DNA of 63,465 nt, the filler included, from Craspedostauros australis (taxonomy: Eukaryota): assembly GCA_030167865.1 (NCBI GenBank). It is 10 parts of 10 records of this genome, joined end to end, with 100 filler letters (N's around TTAATTAATTAA, not from the genome) between each part and the next. Parts side by side here need not be neighbours in the genome. Positions count along the whole stretch, not along the records: positions 12,196 to 38,626 come from JALAGF010002929.1; 9 more parts are not named here. One strand, written 5' to 3'. Position numbers and translations under genes: made by a program. Position 1 is the first letter of the stretch. The number at the start of each line of letters is the position of its first letter. The notes under the pieces were generated by a model, which worked only from the letters and a program-made list of their open reading frames with translations, was not told the origin of the DNA and did no database searches. Of this stretch, positions 12,856 through 23,456 are shown one piece after another.

Positions 12856-13085
12856 ATCCTGGTGCGCAGTTAAAGTATGGGTGCGCAGTAGTGGATGTGA
12901 TGTGCCGTAGATCAATACATAATAGTTGCATCTAGATGAAGTTCAAAGGCGGGAAGAGCTGAGTGGGTTAGGCATAGTCTTGGTTCTGCTTCAGTGTTCT
13001 GCGTGGCTGATGCATCAAGGGTGATGTGGTGGTGTTCGAGATATCCTCTCCACCAATCCAAGTTGGTGGTTTTGCTAAACCCAAC

Positions 13086-13523
13086 ATGGCAAGCATCTAC
13101 GAGCCTCCTTCGATCAACGACAACAATGGCGACACCAGCGTCAAACAGGCCGGATTTGAGGAAGAGCAGTGCAAGTTCATCCGGGGGGTCCTCCGCGTGG
13201 CGTGCATGAAACAGAATACCAAGTACGACGTGTACAGAGCCACCGCCATCAAGTTCATGGAGTTGATCTGGTTGATTGTGGTCGTTTGGACGATCGTACG
13301 GATGACTCTGAATGGATTGAATAGCGACAGTGTGGACGCTGCCATGTACACCATGCTCGGGTTGCCGGTACTGCAGGAGCTGTGGGATATCTGGAGGTCG
13401 TACTTCATGCAACCAAGAGAGGTGCTCGCCGTGGAAGAAATGACACAGAGTACAATGAAACCGGACATCAAGAATCGATGCGGATGCGATGTGGAGCACA
13501 GCGTCGAGAAGACATGGTGCTGA
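13086..13523 (+). CDS. Small hypothetical membrane protein (145 aa, 1-2 TM)
   Basis: ATG-initiated ORF with coding-like codon usage and hydrophobic segments FMELIWLIVVVWTIV and AAMYTMLGLPVL. Confidence 0.55.
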   Translation: MASIYEPPSINDNNGDTSVKQAGFEEEQCKFIRGVLRVACMKQNTKYDVYRATAIKFMELIWLIVVVWTIVRMTLNGLNSDSVDAAMYTMLGLPVLQELWDIWRSYFMQPREVLAVEEMTQSTMKPDIKNRCGCDVEHSVEKTWC

Positions 13524-13770
13524 CGGCGTGGAATTCATTGTATCAGGATCGTACCGACGCAAGGAACCAGCGACAACACCAACTGATGGATGCGATAGGC
13601 ACGCAGAACATACAATTGTAAGTCGGCTTTGCCTGTAATCTATCCTGCGAATATTGGTATGAATGTATGTGTGTACTCGCATGATACGGTTACGGCTTGC
13701 CACGAGCGTCGTTGTACCAGTTACCTGCGATGATGAACATCCGGAGATGACTTCTGTGTCCATCACTGCA

Positions 13771-14894
13771 TCACTGCATCACCGTCGATCCGTGCACCTC
13801 CTGAGTCATGCGTTGATACCACGCCACGATCTGCGTGCGATCTTCGCGCATGACCAGATCAAGCACGGACAGACCTTCCAATCCCTGCAGGACACCGTAC
13901 ACGGCGATATCTCCCAAACAAGGTTGATCGGTGCCGGACAAGTAGACGTTTCCATTTTCCGAGAATCCCTCGTCTTCCAGCCGTCGCAGGGCATCTTCCA
14001 AGGCTTGCACCTCGTCGGTGATGTTGCGCTTGGACTTGATCTTGGATGCGGCCAGGTACATGGCGAGGCTTCCGACAGATTGCACGAGGATGCGTTGCAG
14101 CGGCGTGAACGTGGGCACGTTGTGGACGTAGGCGAAGGCATTGTACGCGTTGGAGAGGGAATTGCAGAGGTTGGGATAGAGGAGGGGTGCCAAATCATCG
14201 ATCGCAAATGTTTGCCACTTTTTGGATGCTTCGGAATGGACGAAGCTGCTGTCGTTGAGTTGCGGATTCCTCCGAATGATTTCTTGGACGATGACATCGG
14301 ATCCCTTGAGGACCGTGATGTCGCTGCCATCGTCGAGCATGTTGGTGGATGCCTGCAGCGTTGCCACCGGCACTTTTCGGTAGTCCTTGGACCTGCGGGT
14401 TCGATGGGGAACGTGGGTTGGTTGAGTATAACATGTTGGAGTACGTTTCAATATGCGCATGCATGCAGGGATGTAGTGTATGGGCAGGAGGCCACACAAG
14501 TGCAGACTCTCGCAGAGAATGTGGTGCAATGCCATGCCATGCAATGTAATGCGATTGTTCGCAAGCAGCAGCCCACTCACCATTTGAGCTCCGCCTTGGT
14601 CAATGGATTGACTTCGACATGATCGTATGGCGTGTTGGTGTATGCCAGCATGGCTTTGGCATAGTTGCAGAAGGGACATATCTGGTACTGGTAGAGCGTG
14701 AGGCGCTGCGCATCGTCGTTGTTTGCTGCAGGCGCAGCAGATGAAAGGAATCGAGATGCATTGGCCCAGTTGCGCAGATGGGAAGCAGATGCGGCAGCAA
14801 CAGATGCGGCAGCAACAGATGCGGTGATGGACGAAGAGGAGCCGAGCGAAGGATGAACGCGGGCAAGTCGGTTGATCGTGAGGACTGATCTCAT
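13771..14894 (-). CDS. PTGES2: Prostaglandin E synthase 2-like protein (glutaredoxin/GST fold), 2 exons (14894-14581, 14392-13771)
   Basis: LTLYQYQICPFC, EVNPLTKAELKW|SKDYRKVP across a GT-AG intron, and C-terminal PCLGDIAVYGVL. The N-terminus is Ser/Ala/Arg-rich, like a mitochondrial presequence. Confidence 0.9.
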
Positions 14895-16189
14895 TGTGGA
14901 TTGCATGGTGGATTGCATGGTGGATGAAACGGAACTGAATGGCGATGCTGATGTCGATGCCAATGTCGATGCTGATGCCAATGGAGAGGGAGGGTGAGAT
15001 CTTTGAGATCTTTCCTTTGCATTTGGCTTTGGCTTTGATGCTGTCTTCGTGGTTCTCTTGCCTTCCATTCCTGTGTTTCGGCAACGTCACCTTTGTGATG
15101 AATTCATATATTGTATGTAATTATAATTGCACCGCGTATCCCATTCCCTTTTCCCTCAATTTTATTGACTACTTGGACCAAGCTGATCGAATTATTCTAC
15201 TTTCTTCCTTGGCCACCCATTGTTCACGACATCCAATTTGTTGTGGAGCCCGATCTTCCTGTCCTCGTTGTCGTACACGCAGAAGCAGCAGATGCGTTGT
15301 CGTCGTTGATGTGCTGTTTCTTTTTTTCTGATTCTGCTGTCGCCGAACGACGAAAGTTCCATCTGCGTTCCTTCGCTGTTGGCTGGCAACCAGCCATTGG
15401 AGGTGGCGCGGATGGATCGCCAGACTTCTCCACATCATCGGAGCATGGTACGTGTGTTGGTAGTGGTACAGAAGCACTTGATTGATTGATTGATTTGTCG
15501 CGGCCATCGTGGTTGGAGACGTCGGCAACTTGGTTCTTCTTTCGTTTCTTTGTTCTGATGGATCGACGACCACCGAAGTTGCTCCACTCCACTCCACGCT
15601 GCTCAACTCTCCGTCTGCCACTTGAGGACAGAATCCTTCGCAAGAGGAGAGCGAAACCAGCGCGCAAAAGAACGGCTGCCATTCGTTCTGCTCATTGACT
15701 TGCCTTTGGGAGCCTCTCTCCATCCATTCATCCATCCATCCATTTATCCATTCATTCATTGATCCATCCGCTCACCCTTCCGCAACACAAACAACAACGG
15801 TGCTACTCTGCAAGGCACTCCTGTTTCGTTGCATTCTGTTCCTTCGCGTTGCAACAGACCACAACTGCGTTCTGCACCCATTCGCAACACAATTCCCAAG
15901 TTTTGGCGACACATCGCACACAACTCCGCCAGATCCAATTGGGCTGTACGAACATTGGTACTGTAAGAGTATTCCACTCCGTCGAATCGGATTGTGCCAC
16001 AGTATTCGCACTGGCACTCTCCTCCCAAACCACAACCACAACCACAACCAAATCAGATCAAATCAAATCAGAGTATTCGCAACAGAGAAACCCACAACAT
16101 ACTCTTTTATGACTTCGTCAGCCACAAGCCGACGTCAAAGTCAACTATCATCGCGGTTCCAGACGAAGTTTGTGAAGGGCGTGACGACC

Positions 16190-19024
16190 ATGATGATTCT
16201 GACGCTCATTTCCAAGCTCGGCAGGCAGGCGCGTCCATCATCCTCCGCGATGGTGCGCGCCTTCTCCACCACCGCTTCCCTCGCATCCACTCCAGCGACC
16301 GCCTCGATACGCTCCAGGCAGCGCGGCAGATCGATGGCGCCGCGTGCTCTCACGCCGTTCTCTGCCGTGCACAGCACATTCCAGCTGCGTTCGGAATCCA
16401 CCTCGGCCCTCGAAAACGCCGCGCAGGTCGATGAGGAGCTGACCTCCACCTTGGATGACACCTTAGATGACATCTTGGGCGAAAGCATCAAAGTCATGGA
16501 AGGCGTCGACGACATCGACGGCATCGAAGCGCCCGTCAAGGAGCCAGCGGCACCAGCCAAACCCGTCAAGGAGGTCATCGATTTCAACGACCCCAACTTC
16601 CTGGCCACCACCAATCCGCGCTGGGTCGAGGCGGGACTGTCGCAGAAGATCATCGACGTGCTCTCCGAGAAGGGCATCACCCATTTCACCCCCGTCCAGG
16701 GAGAGGCCTTCGACCCGGTCCTCGCCGGAAAGGATCTCATCGGACGCTCGCGCACGGGAACGGGCAAGACCCTGGCCTTCGGTCTCCCCTCCATCACGCG
16801 CCTCGTCAACAAGGCGCTCATCGCCAAGGGCGCGCGTGATGCAGACACCGGCCGCATGGTGCGCGGACGTCCCGTCAGCATGATCATCCTCTGCCCCACG
16901 CGCGAATTGGCCCGTCAGGTCCAGGAGGAGCTGGCCGGCGCCTGCCGTCCCGTCGGCCTCTTCACCGAAGTCTTCCACGGCGGCGTCAGCTACGAGCCCC
17001 AGGCCCGGGCCCTGCGCCAGGGACTCGACATCCTCGTCGGCACGCCGGGTCGCGTCATCGATCACATGAACCGCGGCAACCTCAACCTCAGCGAGTGCGA
17101 CATCGCCGTGCTCGATGAGGCCGACGAGATGCTCAACATGGGATTCGCCGACGACGTCGAGACGATCCTCGACGGCATCGGTTCCAACAACCCAGACAAG
17201 ACGCAGGTCCTCCTCTTCTCCGCCACCACGCCACCGTGGGTCAAGGAAATCGGCAGGAGCTACCAGAAGAACGTCGTCACCATCGACGCCACGGGCGAGC
17301 AGAACGGCGCTCGCGTCGCCACCACCGTGCGGCACACCGCCATCCAGATGCCGCCCGGCGCCGCCTCCAAAAAGTCCGTCCTCGAGGATGTCATCGCTGT
17401 CGAAATATCCAAGGACATGAAGAGCATCGCGCAGATGAATCTAGATTCCGAAAGCGAGGATGAAGCTGCCCCCGTCAATGTCATCGCGGCGGCCGCCATG
17501 GCCAAGAAGAAGAAGAACACCAAGCTGCAGCAGAAGATCTTTGGAAAGACCATCGTCTTCACCGAAACGAAGCGCGAGGCCGATGAGCTGGTCTCTGGCG
17601 GGATCTTCAAGAGTCTCTCCGCGCAGGTGCGTTGGCAGATGTAGATCGTGTGTGAGCTGTTGATGATGTTGATGGTGTGTGTGTACTGCAATGTCATCAA
17701 GTGAATTTGCAGCAACAATGACGACGACGACGACGACGACGACTCACACAAACAATACGTTGTGGCATTGGTCCATTCCAATTTGATTTTTATTTCTATT
17801 TCCATTTGCTCTCTCCTAAATTACAATCCATGATGCGATGGTTGCACATGACAGGCACTTCATGGAGATGTCGGACAGAAACAGCGTGATTCCACACTCG
17901 CCGCATTTCGTGCGGGAGCCTTCAACGTCCTCGTAGCCACCGATGTCGCCGCTCGTGGTATCGACATCCAAGACGTGGACCTCGTCATCCAGTTCGACCC
18001 ACCGCGCGACGTGGACACTTACGTGCACAGATCCGGACGTACGGGACGTGCCGGCAACAAGGGAGTCAGCGTCCTCTTCTTCAACCGCAACCAGCAACGT
18101 GACATCGTCCGCATCGAGCGCGATCTTGGACACGGATTCAAATTCGAGCTCGTCGGTCCCCCATCCATCGAATCCGCCCTCAAGGCAGCAGCGAAGACTT
18201 CTGCGGTCGCCTGCACGGCCATTCCGGAAGACACGGCCGAGCTCTTCAAGGATTCCGCGAGGGAACTGCTGGAAAGCGGCATGGCAGCCGAGGATGTCAT
18301 CGCCAAGTGCCTGGCCGCCATCTCGCGACGATCCACCGAAGTCCAGAGCCGATCCCTCATCACAGGTGAGGAAGGTCTGCTCACCATCGAGATGGCCAAC
18401 TCGCGTGGTCGTTCCGTGACCAACGGCGATGTCATGTTCACCGTCGGCAAGCTCTCCCGCATGAGCCGCAAGGAGGATCCGGAAGTTGCCTTCGAGAGCG
18501 ACGTCGGTCGCATCCAGACCAACCCAGACAGCGGCGTCGCCATCTTCGACATGGGCATCGAGGATGCCAAGAAGATGATCCAATTCTCCAAGGGCATCGA
18601 TGCCGGCGGTAATTCCTTCAAGATTTTGGAGGCACTTGAAATCGAGCGTGACAGAAACTTCGGACGTCAATTCAACAACAACCGTCGCAACGGCGGTGGC
18701 CGCGGAGGCGGTGGAGGATACCGAGGTGGTGGCGGCGGTGGCGGATACCGTGGCAACAACAATCGTGGAGGTGGAGGTTACCGCGGCGGTGGCGGCGGCG
18801 GTGGTGGATACCGAGGCGGTGGTGGAGGAGGAGGCTCCCGTGGAAGCGGTGGCGGATACAGAAGCCGCGATGGAGGCGGTGGTGGGTACAGAAGCCGCGA
18901 TGGCGGCGGAGGCGGAGGCTACCGTGGTCGTGATAGCGGCGGCGGCGGTGGTGGAGGAGGCTACCGTGGACGCGACGGTGGAGGTGGTGGTAACAGAAGA
19001 CCACAGAATAATGATGGTTGGTAA
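16190..19024 (+). CDS. DEAD-box RNA helicase of the DDX21/RH3 type with organellar-type presequence and RGG tail, 2 exons (16190-17626, 17855-19024); alternative ATG at 16109
   Basis: Motifs RTGTGKT, PTRELA, GTPGR, DEAD, SAT, LHGD, ATDVAARGID and YVHRSGRTGRAG, plus a tail of GGGYR repeats. Confidence 0.93.
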
Positions 19025-19379
19025 AAGCATATCTCACCATTTCAACGCACTGCAAACCATACGACGATGATGCAACGATCATCAACACAAAACTCTCTAG
19101 AAAAATAACAGCCACAACACAAATTTAATCGAAGCAGCAAGCAGGGCTCGTGCTACCTTCAAGTTGCCCCGTCAATGTTCGTTCGTTGGTTATGATTGGT
19201 GGGCACATGGAACGACTACAATTGAGTCCTCAACGAGAACTGTGGTGCATGAGAAGACAGAACGAGTTCAAGCTTGCGTGCATGTACATATGTAGAGAAC
19301 AATAGTTGTGAATGTAACATAGATGTGGATGTTGTATGTAGATGTGAATGCATGTTCACTCGTTTGAATATGTGCAGTA

Positions 19380-21535
19380 TTAGTAGATAGGCCGCAGCGA
19401 TGGCATCGTCGTCATGCTATCGTCGTTGTGCCGCAGCCATAGTTTGAATCGTCTCCAGACGAGATAGCAGAGAGTGACAATCGGAACCGTGATGCCGCCG
19501 ATCAGGATCGCAGCCGTGATGGTCCAACGCAACCAAATGTAGGACCGCGTCACACGCCCTCGATGCGGCAAGCAGATCCATTCGGCGCCATCGCCTCCTG
19601 GATGCTGCTGCTGTCGTCGTCGAGCTTCTGCCTCTTGTGCAAAATCTTCGAACGTGAGATGCATCAACGGCTCCTGATCGTTCAATGTGCTGGTGTGCTG
19701 CAGCAGAACCTGCCGCTGCTCGCCGATCGTCCGCATGGTCACGGCCTGCCGATCCCAGTCAAACTCCAGCTCCCCAAAGTTCTTCTCCAACGAGTACTGC
19801 AAGCCGCCATCGGCGTAGTCCTTGCGCAGCAACGTCGTCCACGGATTGAGCTGATGCAAGGTGTGCATGAAGGTTCGCGACAGGAGAGCATGAAGATGAT
19901 CTCGCCACGTGATGGACGATGGTGCGTTGTGGTGCGGATTCGTGATCGTGCCCCACGAATGGGTCATGCCGCTCGTCGTCATCTCGAACAACGACTGCGG
20001 TTGGTCGCTGCCCTCCTGCATGCAGTCCATGCGCATCATCTGCGTCATGTGGACGTCGCCGCTGACCAGGATGGGGGAGCCGGGAGCGTTGAGCACGGTG
20101 TTGAAGAGGCGACGCTGCGACGATGGGAATCGCGACCAGCTCTCCGCGAGGTTGGGATCGGGGACGATGTCGGCTTCGACCTGCAGGCCAGTCACGATGA
20201 CGTTGATCGTCGCAGGGCTGTTCATGATGGCCTGTTCGAACCAGGTCCATTGTTTGGGACCCAGGAAGTCACCGTCAAAGTCAGGTGTGACGGCGTCAGC
20301 ACCAGTGCGCCATGGGTCCTTGTTGGTGCGGACGTCCAACACGAAGATGGCGACCGTCCTGTTGCTCGGGATGTATTGCGATATGCCTGTTGCAGCCGCA
20401 TGTTGTGGTTGCCGCTGCTCAATGCGCTGGACGATATCAGGGTCGATCCTTGCATCTTGCTCAGAGATGGCATGGGAACCATGATCCAAAGCGAAGTCAA
20501 AAAGCTGGACACCGTAAACACCATCCCCAGCCTTGGCACGTTGGGCCATGGTGGAATCTTCCTCCAGACCCAGGAAATCGATGAAGGACTGTGTTGTCGC
20601 ATGCTTGTGATCGAACGTTTTGTCAGCGTTGTTGCAACCATAGTCGTGATCTGTCATATGATATGTACATATAGAGTATAACGATGTCGGGTGTGATTGT
20701 TATTGCACAATGAAGGATGAAGTCGTGAAAGAGAATCATGAAGAGCATGAGATTTGCAGCACGAGCAGAGCGTGTTCGTATGTGAGTTGACGGACGACAG
20801 AGACGACGTTTGATGGTGCATATCAGTCTATGCTGCCACTCTCAAAGAATCACGTACCATCGATGGTGCCAAAGATTGTGAGATCTGGGTTCTGCTCCAG
20901 CAGCTCTCTGTACTCCGGCACCTGCAGTTGGTCTCGGTAGAGTTGTTCGACGTGTTCGGGCGTGCCGCATTGCGTCCATGAAGGCGTGGGTGGGAATGTA
21001 GACCAATCGGTCGGGTGGTGTGTGTCTGTTTTAGAAGAAGGGCATGGATGCGTATGTGCGTATGCGTTGTGTGAGGGAACGAATGAGGGATGGAATCTCA
21101 TGACGTACACATACACGCACATATGCATGCATATGGCATAGATTCGAGGAGAGTACAACTAATAGTAGTAGAAGATGGCAACATTGACATTGCCATTGCC
21201 ATTGTCATGGACATACCTGCATAGATTGCATCGCCACCCCAAATGAATCCTGATGGTTGACGATCGGCGATGATCTCCCACATGTTGTTCTGCCGATCTT
21301 GATCGTTGCATGATCCGAATGCGATTCGATCGTGCCGTCTCTCATGTTGCTGGTGACGTTGCTGCCCTTTCCATTCGTCTGCATGGATGGGAGTGCGCTG
21401 ATTCAGCACGGGTGGCTCCAGAATTGGAAGATTCTTGCCGAATCCCATCGTATCATTGGGATGCCAAGGCACAGAGGGAACTGCCGATACGTTGGCAGGT
21501 GGAAGCGCTGCTGCCGTCACCATGTTGGTGTTCAT
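19380..21535 (-). CDS. phoD: PhoD-type alkaline phosphatase/phosphodiesterase with C-terminal TM anchor, exons 21535-21217, 21025-20858, 20650-19380 (start uncertain)
   Basis: Motifs RIAFGSC, FIWGGDAIYA|D, IFGTID|DHDYG, VLDVR, LGPKQW and SGDVH are rebuilt across GT-AG introns. A hydrophobic helix lies near the C-terminus. Confidence 0.9.
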
Positions 21536-22117
21536 CCTTCCTCTTGCGTTGGAGCCTGGTGCATACGAATACAGCAAGAGATGCAGGTGCGATTGAGCTG
21601 GCTGCTCCGGACAGCGAGATCAAGGAATCGGATGATGACTTGCAAGGATCTTGCTGTGCGTTCAGCTTGAGTTGGGTTTGTGACCGTGAGTTGATGCAAG
21701 CGAGTGAGTGCCTGGTGCCACTTCCAATTGTTCGAGCTGTGGTCGTCGTACACATGTGTGGATTATGCAACTCTCTTGATGCAACCACAAGACTGCATGA
21801 ATGCAACTGCGGATCCCATGGGACGCTCTTGGGTGGAGCACGACTTTGATTCATGCTCTGCTCAAGAAGCCACGTCGATCCTCTTCCTTACGTGTTTGGG
21901 TGTTACGCACCACGCTCCATGCCGACACCTCCTTGATTCGTCCTCATGAATTCTGCTTCAACTCTTCTTCACCTTCATCGACAGAGGATTGCGCGAACCC
22001 TCCCATTCCAACACACACACATCCACCCACGCACCAGATCATTCATCAAGCCGACGTAACTCAACAACTCGCAAACACACAGAACAACCCAAATGCGGTC
22101 GACGAACGGCCGATCTC

Positions 22118-22801
22118 AGATTCTGTCGATGTGTGCAGATTCTTTGCTTTCGGTTGAAAATGTGGCGCCAGATTCTCGCGTCTCTCCGAGTTTGCCAACG
22201 CGACATGACACGTTGTGGTGATGGCAAGTCAGGAGCTCCTCAAGTACAATATCTATATTTGAACGAGAATCTAAAACAGCTCGTGTTCGACCAAGTCGAC
22301 CATTTTGGAACAACAAAGAACAATTTCTTGATCGGCACAAACACATCATGAATGACGAAGTCACGAGCATGGAAGATCAAACACGAGTGTCCCAAATTGA
22401 CATCTTGCAACGCTTTTTTGTTTTGCATCTGAGGGAATGTGGAGAGAGCCGGCCGAACAACCGTGCGATGCACATTCAACGTACAGATTCACAGGAGATA
22501 TTTTTGGCGGGAGAGTGTTCGTGTGCTGTTTGCGCAACAATCATCCCAATCATGCCGAAGAACCCGAACTCGAGTCGACTGCGCGGTTGTGATTGGCTGA
22601 ATGTTGAGATGGTTCGTGTCTGGAGCAACAAACAGCCGGATGCATAACACAGACAGACAGCCAACCAGGTTTTTTCCATACTGACCGTGACAGACGGCTT
22701 CTCATTCATGCGCAAGTGGAAGTGCAGATGGTGAATCTTTAACATTCAGTGAACAAAACAATTTTGCTTGTCCGTTGTTAGCCGAATCTCTAAGCGAATC
22801 T
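22118..22801. promoter_or_regulatory. Cluster of eight GAATCT/AGATTC boxes (putative PSR/GARP-Myb binding sites) in a divergent promoter
   Basis: AGATTC at 22118, 22137, 22170 and 22485; GAATCT at 22267, 22733, 22784 and 22796. The cluster lies between two phosphatase genes. Confidence 0.65.
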
Positions 22802-23456
22802 CACAACATGGAGGAGGTCCATGTCCCACCTGCCTCCAACCACGCGCTGAGAGTCATCGCTGCCAACCTTCGTGATGTATTGTGGTGTGCTGTGTTGTGT
22901 TGATTTGTACTCCTTCACCAAACATCGAAAGAGTGGGAAACAAATTTGGCCGAGGTTTTGGTTGTGCTTCACATGGTCGGTACGACGATCTTCAAGGTCG
23001 CGAACCAGGGAGCGGAGTCGTTCTGGCACGCGGTGGGATGGCATGGAGCACCTTCACATAGCGCTAACTTTGTCGCAGTCGCAGCTTCGAGTATAGTACT
23101 ATGAATACGTTGGGAGTCTTGCGGAGGGAGCTGTCAGGAACTTGTCGGTGTCAGATGCGTCGGGTGGGCGATCTGGCGAAGGATCGCACGCGTGCTTTGT
23201 TGATGGGGTTGAGCCGATCTTGTGCATCCTGATTCGGGAGGAGATCCCATCACGAGGAGAGACTGGCGCATCACTTGCTTTACTTCCTATAATGCGACTG
23301 TACGTGCGCGCTCTCAAGATCCTCGCGAGTTGCCTCCATCCCATCCTCATAAAATCAACTCACTTGTGTTGACAAGCAGTGCTCCCACAAGCGCTCGACT
23401 TCACAGCTCGCACTTCACAACATTCACAACATTCACAGTCCACGAGCAACACCACA

